64,000 nt of DNA from Phoronis australis. Its lineage: Eukaryota; Animalia; Phoronida. Below the pieces are notes generated by a model. The model did not search any database, had not been told where the DNA came from, and saw only the letters and a program-made list of their open reading frames with translations. The translations under genes were made by a program, and so were the position numbers. This document shows positions 38,906 through 52,644 of the stretch, piece by piece; position 1 is the first letter of the stretch; the number at the start of each line of letters is the position of its first letter. Where the stretch lies: positions 1,769,174 through 1,833,173 of the forward strand of contig NMRA01000008.1 of NCBI GenBank assembly GCA_002633005.1. Reading direction: 5' to 3'.

Positions 38906-41900
38906 TTCTACAGCGAAATTCTTGCGTCTACGAGCACCTACGCTGTTTTCAGCCGTTCAGCTGCCCCGGAGCGACACATTAAACGGAAAATGTAAGAACG
39001 AGGCAAAAGAAAAGAAGATAAACGGAAGGGGGGAGTGAAGCGACGCGGGATATGCAATGTTTTTGCTGCAATTTTCTTTAATTGGGATAATGGGGCGATT
39101 AGAGGAAGAAGGGGACGATGAAATATTCATACTACAGTTTGTATTCTAAATATATTTACTGCGTACGCCTACCCATGCACTAATTTAGGTGCAATAAGAT
39201 AATGAGATTGCAACAAAAAGTATTTACGGACATTCAGTAGCTGTTGGCGACCAGTTTTCGCCACGTACCTTAATTACAAACCATGATTAAAGCCAAATCA
39301 TGCGTGACTCGTCATCACCTGCAGATTATTTCTGTTAATTAGAGAACACTTAATTTCCGCACACAATAAGTCAACAACAGACTTATATTAAATGAACACT
39401 GGTTTTCTGAGAAGCATTCATTACTTTTCCTGCCTGCAAGGACGGAGACCACACTTCGTTTTAAGTGAGTTACTTTGTAGGTAGTGGTGAAGCACAACAA
39501 ACGGTAAGTCTCCTCTGACAAGTTTATGTTTTTAGCTGGGCTGCATCTATTATTTTACAAGTGGCTTTCTTTCGTGAAAACGTGCGTTATTTTATTGTAA
39601 CTGCAGACAAGAATCTTATTATAATAGGCAAAAGTTTGCCAACATATTTCTATTTGTAGCCTAACTCAGCCATTGAAAATTGATTAAAGTTCAATTGAAA
39701 TCGTTGAGATAAGTTAACTTATGATCTGCTCCTGAAGTTCTATTTGGTTAAATTCGGTCTCTCATCTTTTCGAATTGATTCTTGACTGTTTCTTTCGTGC
39801 ATCAATCAATTCTGTTGCCAGGAAGGATCGGGGAAAACAGTTTAAGACCAGATCAAGGATATCATTTTCGACTATCATTTGACAAGAAATTCAGCAACAA
39901 AACTCTATCAGTTCGATCGTTCAACGACAGTGACAAGGATTGAGGGTCCGTCACAGTAACGGTTATACACATGCTTTTGAGCGAAAGGAATGCTCATTAT
40001 ATGAACAAAAAGCTGTTGGCCCTCATTGAGCCATAAACTCCGCACTGGTCACATCTGTTTCCGCTTTGGTGATGACATGTATTTCCGTAAGAAAAAACAT
40101 TAACATAATAAGCTGAAAACATTTTTGATTGTATTATGGCAAAGTAATGTAAGAGACATGTTTCATAAATACATGAAGAGCTGTAATTATGTTGTGAAAT
40201 GATTAATTCAAAGGATCTTTTGGCCTGCACCATTTAAAAACAATATCGGATTTACTACCTACACGACATGATTTGAGGGTCTTTTATGGGTAGGGTTGTC
40301 TTCTTGAAGTTATCAGGTTTAACAATACCTGTAAAACAGCAAAAACTATTGTTATGTGATTTTACTATGAATCGCTGATTCCTAACACGGGCTTCCAGTC
40401 AAAGTTAACTGAAATCGAGACGTCGATCTCAGCAGCTGTTTTGAAGGGTGGGCCGACGCCTGAGCGGTGTGTCTGATCAAAGACGGCATGGAAAAAACAC
40501 AAATGCTAATCTGAGCATTGATGAGAAAAAGAGGCGAAGGCCTGCAGCATTTTGGACGAGTAATTTTTCAATAATAAGCATTTTGGAAAAAACGTGAGCT
40601 CAACTGCAGTGCGAGATGAGTTGAATATTTCCAGAAATGCCGAACATATTCGGTTAGACAACCAACTAGGTTTGCATTCTTCTCCGTCTTCCAGAAGTAG
40701 TTTGACAAGTGTAACCCTAAAATTGCTTTTGAAAAGCTTATAATGTTTCCATTCTCTGACTAATTCACCGATTGGATCTCTAGCTGAGCCACGACAATTT
40801 TAATGATCTCATCCAGTAAGCATGTAATTATACAAAATTCGCTTTCTTAAATGACCAAATCCGCTTTGAAATCTCGATAACCTGATAATTATAACTGATA
40901 ACCTATGAAGTTTTTTTGATAATTATTACTTGGGCATTGTGTTGTTGGACATCATGCCTGACATAGGTGGATCTAGTGGATTCAAGGGGGTCTAGACCCC
41001 CTTTTGCACTGGATTTTAGTGATATCATATCTAGAATGTTCATATTGTTTACTTGGACCCCCTTTTTAAAAAATCCTGGATCCGACCCTGCCTGAACTTG
41101 CGGAAAAAACGGTACTTGAAAGACATCTGGTTCAAGAGTCGGGGAAGTCGAAGGTCATTGGCCATGCAAACTTTTGCGAAAATAACAGCAAAAGAAAAAC
41201 TAATTGACGTAAAATATTCGCAGTATTGTTTATGAAAAGGTTTCGAACAACTGTTGAAGTGTGGTAATACATGTAAGACAAATTCGTGAATTTTGCTCAA
41301 CTTTGTGCGATTATGTCCCTTTGAAATGTGTTACTTTGATATCTTTTAAACTGTACTTTTATTTTTCACGAGCGAGAAAGTAGAAAACACCCGTATCTTG
41401 TTGAAAGCTTATTATTATTACAAAAACGATCCAATGGCTATTAGATGGCTCATATGACGTTATTGTTCATTCTCATGACTGGCCACCTGTTTTGTATCTG
41501 AGAGCAACGTACTCATTAAAGACCTGGGAGTACGTCACAATTTGAACGGTTATCAAGAAGTCACCAGAGCTTACGGGGTAACCTTAACGAAATCCCTAAG
41601 CGAAAAATCCATAAAACCCACGTTAGGCACGATCTATAGTCGAGTGGCACTTCGCCATTTTAGATTTACTGCCAAGTCGGAAGTGAGAATCCTTCAGACA
41701 CGATTAAAAAGCAAGGTCGTCTATTCGACTGGGCTGAAGTGTGTTTGACATGGAATAAAACTTGTGTGAACATGCATGCATAACAATGAACATTCAATAT
41801 CAGAATAATAAAGTTAAGTTGCTATCCATTAACGTTATTCTAACAATTGGTGAAAACATTGAACATAAACTTGCGACTGGCGTGCGGGGAAAAACTAAGG

Positions 41901-42136
41901 TGAGAATAAATGCCTCAGTTGGCTACGAAGACGGAGCGAAGACCAGCGAGCTGTTTAAGCGGGATAAAACCAACCGGCTATAGTGACACGCAAATTTTTC
42001 TCACATGACCTGGATTGTGTTATGACACGACTGGTTTATAACACCGAGTACGTATTTTTTGATATTACATGGGCGAATAACAAAGTAGTGCAAAGTAGAA
42101 ATCCATACGCCTAATCTTTTATCGTCTGCAAAACAC

Positions 42137-42425
42137 CATAGATTATAGTACATGGGCCTGTCCCAAGAAACTGACTTAAGTTCATTTTTTACTTAAGTCT
42201 AAGATTTGTATTAACTTCCATACTTTGAAACTTCCACATCCGGTGAGATAGTTAAAATTAGGACAAAACTTTTATCAAAAACTTAATTCAAACTTAAGAC
42301 CTCTTTCTTGAAACGGTCCCGACACAAATTTAAGTTTTGTCTTAAAATTTACTAAAATTTAAGATTTGTCTTAGCTAAGTCAGTTTTGTTGGAACGGGCC
42401 CCATGTCTGTTGTCTATAATCTATG
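42137..42425. mobile_element. Palindromic MITE nested in a second small inverted-repeat element
   Basis: atgggcctgtcccaagaaactgactta ... taagtcagttttgttggaacgggccccat, flanked outside by catagattatag / ctataatctatg. Confidence 0.6.
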
Positions 42426-42944
42426 AAAACACTAAAACAACCAAACGCGCGCCAACCAAACAACGTCAGAATTCCTAGATAACAAGGTTATGATTGACAA
42501 ATCGGATGTCGTAAGTGTACGTACTCCCGCTCGCAAGGACATGCAAAAAACTTCTTAAACGGGCGCATCTTCGCTGGCGAATTCCATATCCACATTCATT
42601 CAAACGGAGACGAGCCCCAGCTCGGGATACGTGGCGAGACTGTCTAGCTGTGCTGTCTCAAGGTCAATGCTCACGCGCGGGGAAGCATTGCTGACTGTTA
42701 TTTCTATTATACACATTTTCCAAGTTTTAATATTACAACTTCAAAGACTATTTATTAGATTCTAACTTGAACATTTGCTACGAAAGCAGAATACAATTTA
42801 CAATAGTTAAGCTTAAAATAAAACTATTAACAAAAAGTAATTGAATTACTTTACATTGCGCAAACGTGTTTTTACAAAAGTTGCGTTATGTGGTTGAAAG
42901 TTTTAGATCGTTTTATGGTTCATGTGAGAAAACAAATCCTACAC

Positions 42945-44177
42945 TCGTCTCAGATTGATGACATGGGCAAAACCTGGAAGGAACTCAAGAACTTGGGACC
43001 TCAGCTCAAGAAGAGACATGAAAATACTATTCCTTCAGAAAGATGGGAGGCCAATTTCAGAGATTTGTTTTCGAAAATTCCAATGGCTGAAAGTCAAAAC
43101 ATAGATGATTTGGAGAAAGCAATGCAATATTCTGAACTTTCGGGTAATGTAAAAGAAGTACTGGAAAAAAGTTTTTCGTTTTTTGAAGTCTATTCTGTTA
43201 TTCGCAAATTAAAATCACGTAAGGCCACTGGTATAGACGGTATCCCATACGAAGTGCTGAGATCTCCAGAGATGGTTAATATTTTGGTCTCGCTCTTTCA
43301 GAAGGTCTTTGACACTGGATTTACCCCATCATTATGGTATAAAGCGATTATNNNNNNNNNNNNNNNNNNNNNNNNNNNNNNNNNNNNNNNNNNNNNNNNN
43401 NNNNNNNNNNNNNNNNNNNNNNNNNNNNNNNNNNNNNNNNNNNNNNNNNNNNNNNNNNNNNNNNNNNNNNNNNNNNNNNNNNNNNNNNNNNNNNNNNNNN
43501 NNNNNNNNNNNNNNNNNNNTTCAATATTTAAAATTATGGAGAAGTGTGACTTTTTAGAAAATTTCAGGAACAAACAAGTTGTGTCTCTCGAAAACTTCAG
43601 AACATTCAGGTTCCAGTTAGAAGAGTTAAATTGGTTAAAAATAATCACTGAGAAACCAAAACTGTACTTATATAGATCTATTAAGAATGACTATTGTGTA
43701 GAAGAGTATTTACGTCTGCCGGTGTCTCAGAGGTCCGTCATAGCTCGATTGAGAGCAGGTATTCTACCATTAGAGGTTGAGGTGGGGCGGTACTTCGGAA
43801 TTCCTGTGAATGAACGGATTTGTCGTGTTTGTAAAAAAGGAATTGAAGATGAAGTTCATTTCATTTTTGATTGTGAAAAATATACTCACATTCGACCATA
43901 TTTTTTACGGCGTTCTGCCCTACCTCAAATATTCCAAAATAACTTGAAAGGTCTAGCGAAATTCATTCAAGACGCTTTGCAGGTTAGAAGTAATTGTTTG
44001 TTTATAAACTAGTCTGAAGTGGTCATATTTGAGCTTGTGCAATTTGTTATGTAATGATTTAATTATTATTAGGTGACTGAGTAAGCCCATTGAGGCTGGG
44101 GGGTGTGGTGAATAATCTGTCTTTGATATTGTATTTACTGGTACCCTTATGTGACTATAATAAATAAATACACACAC
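42945..44177 (+). mobile_element. LINE ORF2 (RTEX-like) spanning an assembly gap, with C-terminal Cys/His motif and 3' tail
   Basis: LKSRKATGIDGIPYE (pre-RT region) and RLRAGILPLEVEVGRY..ERICRVC..IEDEVHFIFDC. The tail aagcccattgaggctgggg..actataataaataaa recurs at ~48685-48752. N-gap at 43352-43519. Confidence 0.85.
43352..43519. other. Assembly gap (Ns)
   Basis: Run of N. A second gap lies at 57328-57400. Confidence 0.99.
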
Positions 44178-47100
44178 CTCAAGGAAATTTCCAGGAGGTT
44201 TTGCCCATATCATAAACCTGAGACTCGTGTAGGATACTCTATCTATCAACTGGTGACACCAGCTAAAATTCACGAGACCAGTCATGCTAGAATAGTTTCC
44301 CATATCAGACATTCAGCTACCGCTTACAACACTTCGCCCTGTTAAGCTCCATCTTTTGGCCATTTTGTGCTTTCCATTGATTAATCACAGTCATTCACTC
44401 TTAGACAACGGTGATCTTTTCTTTCACGTTTTAACGTGAAAAAAAATATTAAAATATGTTTATTATTCAAAGTCAGTTTAGCAAGTGATATTTTGGCGGA
44501 GTAATACACTCGGCAACTCTCGGAGACTCTGTCTTCTAGGTGGCCAGATAGCAAAAGTAAAGCGTAGGATTGCGTCATTGTAATTCAAAAGAGGAACGCA
44601 TTGTTTTGACTTCGCAAATTTTGTTTGTTTGATGAGAAAATCAACGTGCATGGCTGTATTTTTACCGCTAAAACATTTTAACGGTCAACAAAGTCGGTGT
44701 GGGTTTGATTGCAAACGAACTTGTAAGTATTCGTAGCCGTTGCAGTTGCCTGTTTCACACCAGAGCAATGAAAAAATACACTTACAGATCTAGGATGCTT
44801 CCCCTTGAATTTATTATATTTTCAAGAGCTTGAATTAGCATAACCCCTTGAGATAAGGTCTTTAAGAATAGAGATTTTCAGCTTGTTATATCCGTTTTGA
44901 TGCAGAAAACTTTCGTTGACAAGCAGTTATTGCTTGGCTCGATCGTGGGAGAAAGCTTCACCGGACATCAATTAGCTATTAAGATTTCTGGAGGTTTATG
45001 GGAAAGCTGAGGTTGCTCGGTGAAAAACGAGAACATGGTATACAATATTTCGTGAGCTTCTTACTGAGATAGCAAGAAATGACACCTGTAAAAAGCAAGT
45101 AAACATACAATGGACCAATCACAATGTGTCAAGTGAAAAATTGACCAACCAAGGAGCCACCTTGGCCAAAGTGACTCAACAATGAGTTAAAACTGCATTT
45201 CGCCGTTGTTTGGCTGTCAATGTGGAATTTTGAACTGAAGCGTATTGGGTTTATAACACTTCCGTCATTCTATTGTCTTGATTTTGTGCTGAATGAGGTG
45301 GCAACTCAAGTCACTGCAACAGTAGGCGTACATGCGCCATTTTCGAATTCGCAATCTTGGCGTTGGCAAACCCTGGCAAACTCTATGATGTTCTTGCTGG
45401 GAACGGAAATAGAACCCTTTCACGGTTAGGAATATCATAAGACCGATGTTATGCTTGATTCAATTCTGGTTATTAAGGTAGCTAAATAGGGTCAAACAAT
45501 AGGCCATGTGATGTTAATCAAAAACGACACGTCCAGCAAGACGATCTTTCACGATAGAGAACTACGCTAAGACGGTAGTATCTATCAACAATTAAAAATG
45601 AAACAGAAACAAGCATAATGAAGTGTCAACCAAACTAGCGACACCTATAAAGCAAAAAAAGAAATAGTTGCAGAACATTGTCTCTATATAATCATTCAAT
45701 GGCAATTTGCGAGGGAAATTTTTAGTGTTTCACATTGGTAAAACAAATAAACACTTTCGAATATTTTAAGAGAATTTCCGTAGCTCATAAATAGCTCTTG
45801 TAGCCGTCTTCAGAGGAAATTACTGAAAACATGAATAGGAGGATGTAGAAAAAACAACGCTGATGGGGCCGGAACTCAATATATTTATCTCTAACTCTAA
45901 TGAGCTATAATACTACAGAAGATAACTTCGAGTAAATATAACAGCCCAAAAGATAATTCAAATGAAATGCGCACACATGATAACGGAATAACGAAACTAA
46001 AACGTAAATTAAAGAACAACTGGTTACTCTCAACGTTAGAAAATTTATTAACAATTGACAAAAGACGTCACCGGATGAAAGCATGAGAAGCGTTTTGTTG
46101 AACTATGAAACTGATGAAACACGCCAGTTCACGTGGGAAAATTTCGATGTTTGTACATTAAAGTGTGTGTTGTGACCCTAACAGGAACCACTTGGCATTT
46201 ATTGATCCAGAACTGCGTCACTTGTCAGGTTTATTACTGTTTGAAAGTTTCTCCACTTCATTTCGGGGTTGTAAGCCTGGCAGTGTACTAGCGACAGATT
46301 GATTTGAGGGATATTTTGAGATTTCATTTTTGTACAACGCCAAGAAACAGTGAACCCTTACAAGGTCCATTAGCACATTGACATCAGACGCTGATCACGA
46401 ATTTTACTGTCGAACAACCCCAACGGTTACAGGAGTTGCTTTTGAAGAACAAACTTTATTCACGTTTAGGTCCGCTGTATTTAAAGAACATCTCACGTCT
46501 AAGGTAAGAAATGTCAGTAAAAAGACCACCGCAGACGGAGAGTTGCGACTTGAGGTGACCGCCTCAAGTGAACGATAGCAGAGCTGATAGTTCACGTCAA
46601 GGCGTGAACATAGACAGGCCCTATTTCATTCAGTTGTTCTCGCCTTAGCATGAGCTGTCAGCTCAGCCGTTTTTCACTTGAGACAGACAGCTCAGTTCAT
46701 ACCTCTCTGTCTGCGGTGACCCTAGCGATAAATTGTAACAGCGTCACCGGCCGCAACACTGACAAAGAGTGTAAAGTAACTAGGCGCAGAAAACATTTGA
46801 TGACCGAGGGGAGCGGCGAACCCGTCAGTGTCAGGCATCTTGCCGACCACGCCTATTTTATGGGGAAAGAAAGTAGGAGAGGGTACCGACATTCTTCTCT
46901 AGTTAATGGAACATTTCAATGATGTTGAGCTGTCAATGTTGATTTCTAAGCCGAATCACTTTGAGGGTATACACTCATCCGATCTTGAATTGTTGTCAAA
47001 TGAGCCGGCAACTCAAATACCAACCGTTGCCCGTGAAACTGCGCTCGTAAATTACGCTCAGGATTCTGTAAGATCTTACACATTGAGTCAAATATCTACA

Positions 47101-48299
47101 AAACTGCAAAATTTAACACGATGAAAGTATATGTATATTTTATGAAAGTAGAAAGCTTGCTCAATTTGATTTTAGAATTTTCACTGCAATCATTGGGATA
47201 TCGTGATTACGTCTCTTTATTAAAATTTAGTGAGAAGAAATGTACATTCATAGCTAAATAACAACACCGATAAAATGACCAAATTTTGTTTGATATAGAT
47301 GTCCAGGAAAAAGATTCATAAATTCTGTTACAGTTTTATAAATAATTGTTTTCATATCTTGCTTTCAAATATAAAATGATGCTCTGTAACCCTCGTCAAC
47401 CTGTAAAAGCTTCGGATCAAGTTTGAAAACTTCTTACAAATTCTGCTTGTTCGGTAAGGGTGACAAACGCTTTAGGCAATCTATACGACAATTGCAGGAA
47501 AAGAGCACAAAACAACAGGACCCGTCTTATTACACAGTGAGTACGGTAAAACTTCTCCAATTTGGCTCATTTGCTAAAATTTGGGACACTGGAATTTAAG
47601 CTAAACTTGAATTTTCTTAAAATTGAGACATGGCTAATTTTGAGGTTCATCATGTTTCTTAAATATCGGACATTGCATTCTCTATCAACAATTGGAGATA
47701 GCTGCCAGTGCAAATTTTGTCTTTTTCATGATTCTTGAATTTGGTAAGGCTAATATTGTCTATTTCTAAAGTTTATTAGGAGCTCTGACCTTGAGTAATA
47801 TAATTAGTTTTTCAATTCTCCAAACTGGAGAATTTTTATTGTAAGTGTGTTTAGTGTTTAGCGGGACATCAATGGTGTATTCAAAGTACGTTTTTCTAGC
47901 AGGCCATGCTAAAAAACAAGTAAAAATACACAAAGTCGACAGTTTTCAACCCGAAACCACTCCAGATTCCAAAAATTGGGAAGTCGAAGAGGGTCGACCA
48001 GATCGTTTTTGCTAACCTGAAAAGTTTGCGGGGTACCTGAATTTCCAGTCAAAACTTACCTTGCCGACAGGAATTGGTAGAGTGTTTACGAAAAGCCACG
48101 GCTCCGAGAAAAATAGGTCAAGGGGGCAACAAACTGCATTTTCTTCCAAAACAGATTAAAAAACAAACAATTATTCGTAGTCACCACTCTAACAACAAAT
48201 TTCAAAATGTTCAGCCAATCCAGCAGACGCCAATTTCTTATGAAATGAAATTGGGGAGGTCAATTCGACTGTGGCTCTAAAAATCCATTGCGTGCCACC

Positions 48300-48465
48300 A
48301 AAGACGGTCTCTGATGTCACCTAATTAGGTGAATCAGAAGATGATAACTCTGACGCCTAGCGACTAAAACCACGAACTAACGGTATAATAGTTTTTAACA
48401 ATCGGTGTGAACGGTAACGATTACATAACAGCTACAATTATAGAAAGAGTTACAACCAGGTTAAG
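48300..48465 (+). promoter_or_regulatory. Candidate promoter and 5' UTR exon of the neuropeptide gene
   Basis: CRE-like tgatgtca/tgacgc at ~48313-48356, TATAATA at ~48384, and donor CCAG|gttaag at 48460. The ATG exon has an acceptor ending at 49577, so an upstream UTR exon must exist. This location for it is a guess. Confidence 0.3.
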
Positions 48466-49587
48466 TTGGTCTGAACACAGTTTATGTTTACAACAGTAAT
48501 TAGCTGAATTTATCTATACATTCACTTAACATGTAGTTATTGGTAATTTGATTTAGGAAAACTGACAACTCTATATGGAAAGTTACAAGAAAACTAACAA
48601 ACTATAACTTCAAGTGAAATACATACAAACGTAGTGTGTATTGCGTATAACCGCTTACATGTTTTATTTGAATCAGGGGACATGTAAGCCCAAGAGGCTG
48701 GGGATATATAGTATTCTGTTGTTTATCCATGCCACTATAATAAATAATAAATATGCAAGAGATAAACATTACAAGATAAAAGGACAAAGGATAAACAAAA
48801 TGGGTACTTGGTACTCTTTTTAATACCACAGAAATGTTTAATATGGCAGAAATAAACAGTGACGGGAACATCATAGAAACGACAACAGCAATCAGCTATG
48901 TTGCACTCAGAGTTGTAATAACTGTGTGGTAAACAATAACATAAATTGAAAACCTGAAGTGACCGGGCTAGTTGTGGTTTTCCATGGAGCAATTTCAGGA
49001 TAGCGATCACTAGTCTCAAAAGGCAATTCGCTGAAGCAATCTCGTCAAAGTGGGCGGTTCTTGAGACAGAACGCTGTCTTCGCAGGGCTGAGGAATCGCC
49101 TGTCCTAGGGTTAAAAGATGGGGGAATTTCGGAATTAACTGAACAACATATTGCTGATCTTGTAAAGAAGTTTCAAGCAAACAGAGTTTTTTTATTTCTT
49201 AATCAGGTTTAAGTTTGGATTTCTACAAATGTTTTTCGTGTGAGCGTCAAACTCACTGTGGATTACATGACGCAGGGCCCATTTTTTAATATTTTTGGTC
49301 GATCTAGTTTATTAATGCCCCACACACAGATGCCATTTTCAGTAAATAATAAACTGTTGTTCGAATGTGACCAAGATATTTTTCAATGGCGGCATATCAC
49401 CACATGTTCCAGGTGGTCTTAGAACGTTCGATATAAACAAACAAAACCGTCCAGTAGAGGATGACAAGCTTTAACAAGGTAGTCCCACTAAGCGGTAGAC
49501 GCTGTGTGGATATGATTTCATGTAAGGAAGGAGTGCGAATTTAACCGCAGTTAGAAACTAATTCATTGTTTTTACAGGATTTGGAAG

Positions 49588-50696
49588 ATGAAGATTTTTC
49601 TGTCCTACGTCTTGCTGTGGCTTGTTCTTTGCGGCACCAGTTCAGTATTCCACATATCTCAAGCAGACGCCTTCAGCCTCGATAGACATTCCGGATGGGG
49701 CAAACGAAATTCGAGGTTCTCATCACCGCACACAGGCTGGGGGAAACGCGACGATATTTCCAACAGTTGCCAGTTTCTGGATAGGAGCATCGAAGCTCTC
49801 GTCAACGAAATGCTAGAGGTGATTTTTATATACACTGCTAGAAATCAGAATTGAGCTTGTATAGCATTCGAAACATTACAACATGTATATGCTGTTACTG
49901 GCCCCTGCTTAAATAAACCCAGAAAAAGATGATTTCTATGTTCAAACTTAGATCGACAAAATGAAATTCTCGTGTTTTTCTGAGGGTAGTCCCATGTCGT
50001 TAAATAATGCGAATTTAACGTTTTTATTTCGCATTTGACAATGCGCTATCTAATATTCTATCGACCACTTTGGTCAGCCGTCTTCAAAGGTCTAAAAGTG
50101 TCGAGAGGGCCTCATTTCAGTTACAGCGGTCCGCACGTAGACACTATTACGGAGGTGTTCCCTCCCCCCTCGGTCGAAACTCGTTTCAATTTTGCGTTGA
50201 GTCCCCCCCCCCCCNTCCTTGTAAAGTACGTCCAGGTGGTCACTCGTTTCAGCTCCCCTCCCCTCACGGCCCGAAGTTTCGTGTTTGTTCAACCCGGATT
50301 CTGGCTTCGCCCCTGGCGGTCCTGCATGCACTTTGTATTTTAAGTAATTAAAATTAAAAAGAAAACCACAGCACTATCTTTTACATCAATTTTAGTCCCG
50401 GAATAGTCATTTAGATGTTTTTCCGGTATCTATTTACCTTGGTGACGAAGGTCATAATTCTTTTATAATCAGTATTCAAAAATATTGAAACCATATATTT
50501 CTTTTCAAATTCTTGATGGTTACATAAACGCATTGCATGCTTCAAGTAACGGCGGTGTGAATTCTTGTGATTGTTCATGAATTTCGAGTTAACTTTGAAA
50601 TCTTGTACAGGAAGTGGCTTCATGGCAGAATTTATTCTATTTCAGATAGAAGATAAACGCCAACGACTGTGTCAAGGATCGGAGGCAAACAAGTGA
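49588..50696 (+). CDS. Neuropeptide precursor (93 aa), GnRH/AKH/corazonin-superfamily-like, two GWamide peptides
   Basis: Exon 49588-49818: MKIFLSYVLLWLVLCGTSSVFHISQADA-FSLDRHSGW-GKR-NSRFSSPHTGW-GKR-DDISNSCQFLDRSIEALVNEMLE. Phase-0 intron (GAG|gtgatt ... ttctatttcag|). Exon 50646-50696: IEDKRQRLCQGSEANK*. Has a signal peptide, two amidation/dibasic GKR sites and a two-Cys helical associated peptide. AATAAA at 50946 and 51058. Confidence 0.88.
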
Positions 50697-51492
50697 CTTT
50701 GAAACAGACTGAACAGCACCCTGTATAAATTGCCACCTTCCATGATTCCTCATGTAGATGAAGACGTAAAACCGAATAATTTGCATGTACATGTATACCC
50801 AGTCTCTAGTCGTCAGTTATATAAAGCAAAGCCGTCCTTGTGCTACCAGGGTGGAGTTCAGTAACGCAAGTGTCTCGCTCAAAAAAGATCTCGCGAGGTT
50901 CTGCGAGATGTCGTCATGTATTTTAAAGGAACGCAAGTGATTTTGAATAAAATTTCTCGCTGTGAGACAGTAATTGAATTCGACCCAGGACTCCTTGAAA
51001 GAAAGGCGTCATGTTGCTGATACCACACGGTACAATATTCACACAAAAATCCAAAGAAATAAAAATGTTAACATATAGTCGGCTGGCAAACATGCGTTTT
51101 TATGAATTTGTTCACTGAACTATCCGAGAGGCGGCGGGCCATTCAAACATTTAAAGTTGCATTTTCCCCAGCTTAACTGACTGAAAAACGAAAGTCTAAT
51201 TAGGCCTTTTACTCTCTCAAAATCGGTCTCGTATTATTCCTTGCCATTCTATTTCCGGCACTAACGAGGACATCGACTCAAGAAAACGCTTTTAAGCATT
51301 TCTTGATTTAAAACAGTTTATTGGGGACGGACAACCCTAAGATTGCGGATTCGAAATGGAACGTGAACGCATTGCCTGCGACTTGAGTTGCCGGCTCATT
51401 CGGCAATTCAATATCGGATGAGCCCGGTAAAGTTAGGTCGATAGACCTTCGGTTAATAATTCAGCAATGTCAGTTTAACAGGGACAAGAAAA

Positions 51493-51605
51493 GGCAGTGT
51501 GGCCTAGTGTGATAGGTGCCCGCCTTCTTTACTCGAGGTCGTGGGTTCGAGTCCTACTGGGCCACAGTGCTAGATCCTTGAGTCAGGTTTCTAGCTCCCC
51601 ATCTC
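51493..51605 (+). mobile_element. tRNA-derived SINE fragment
   Basis: A-box tggcctagtg and B-box ggttcgagtcc, followed by a tccttgagtcagg CORE-like segment. Does not form a complete cloverleaf. Confidence 0.6.
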
Positions 51606-52644
51606 GGTTTTAATTATATAATAATCATAAAGCACAAAAATCGTTCCAGATGATTAGTGCAATGGGCCCACATGCGCGGCCGTAGGACGTCTGGTACAAC
51701 GTGTATCAGACCGCCTGCAATTTTTTTATAAACTGGGGCAAAATGCAACTTTAACTGCTTAGGAAGAAATCAAAGCGTGTTCTTATTAAACACAAACCAT
51801 GCAAAGGTGCGAACAAACATGCAATGTGTATTCATCGAATATACATTGGATAACCTAATAATAGATAAGCTCGAGCCTGTGTGCAGTTTTTTGTCACCAC
51901 TAAAGACTGAAACGAGACATAAGTTACAAGCTTTTTGATTTCCATTAAAGGAACATTTTCTTTTTATACACCCCTAAAACCCAAATCATAAATCATGTTG
52001 GTGTGGCGCAATCTTTCCATACCGTGATGAACAATAGTTGAGCCCCAAACATACCATACTGGGCACACGGCAGTTAAAAAGCAGTTTGAGAACATCATCT
52101 TCTAAGATTGATTGTCTTCCACAGTTAAACCATGTTAAGAGAAGGTCGCGAAAAAGCAAGACCATGCAAAATCACGGAAGTGTTTGGCGGGTGTGCTCAG
52201 GGCGCCTAGCTAGCGTACTCGGCCACTGAAGGGACCGGTCGCTGAGGCTGGAACGTTGGTTTATAGAACAGAAGTCACTGCTCCCTTTCCACAAGCGAAG
52301 ACCTCTTGCCGGCAGTGCTTCTCGAGTGTCCTGCTACAGAACGCAACCCAGTTTGTTCCCGGTACAGATCATCAGTCCAGAATTCCAATGTTTTCTTAGT
52401 AAACCGGAAATCCCCTTTCATTAACATGGGACCACTCTTTGTGAAAACTAATGTCGATTTTACGAAATTGTTGCTCGGATTGATCGAGAGGAACAATAAA
52501 TCTTGGGTCTCTTTCTGGAATGTGATACCGATTTCAGTGTCAATCAGGGAGAACGCGTGACTAACTTTCCCGCTGTCTTCAATGCAGAAATGTCGGGTTG
52601 CTGCTATTATTCCTTATCACGTTCTTGGAGTTCACGATTCTCCT

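Noticed and set aside
42888-44012. 374-aa ORF as an intact or novel protein
   Set aside because: Frame continuity is an artefact of the N-gap. The halves are distant parts of a LINE ORF2 with the RT core missing.
49672-49749. Calling the peptides APGWamide/RGWamide, leucokinin or ETH
   Set aside because: There are no short multi-copy xGWamide repeats, no FxxWGamide (the Gly here is the amide donor) and no PRXamide end. The precursor layout fits the GnRH/corazonin type better.
49819-49854. ORF-track C-terminus VIFIYTARNQN of the neuropeptide precursor
   Set aside because: It is intron read-through. Splicing to 50646 supplies the second Cys and completes the family-like C-terminal pattern.
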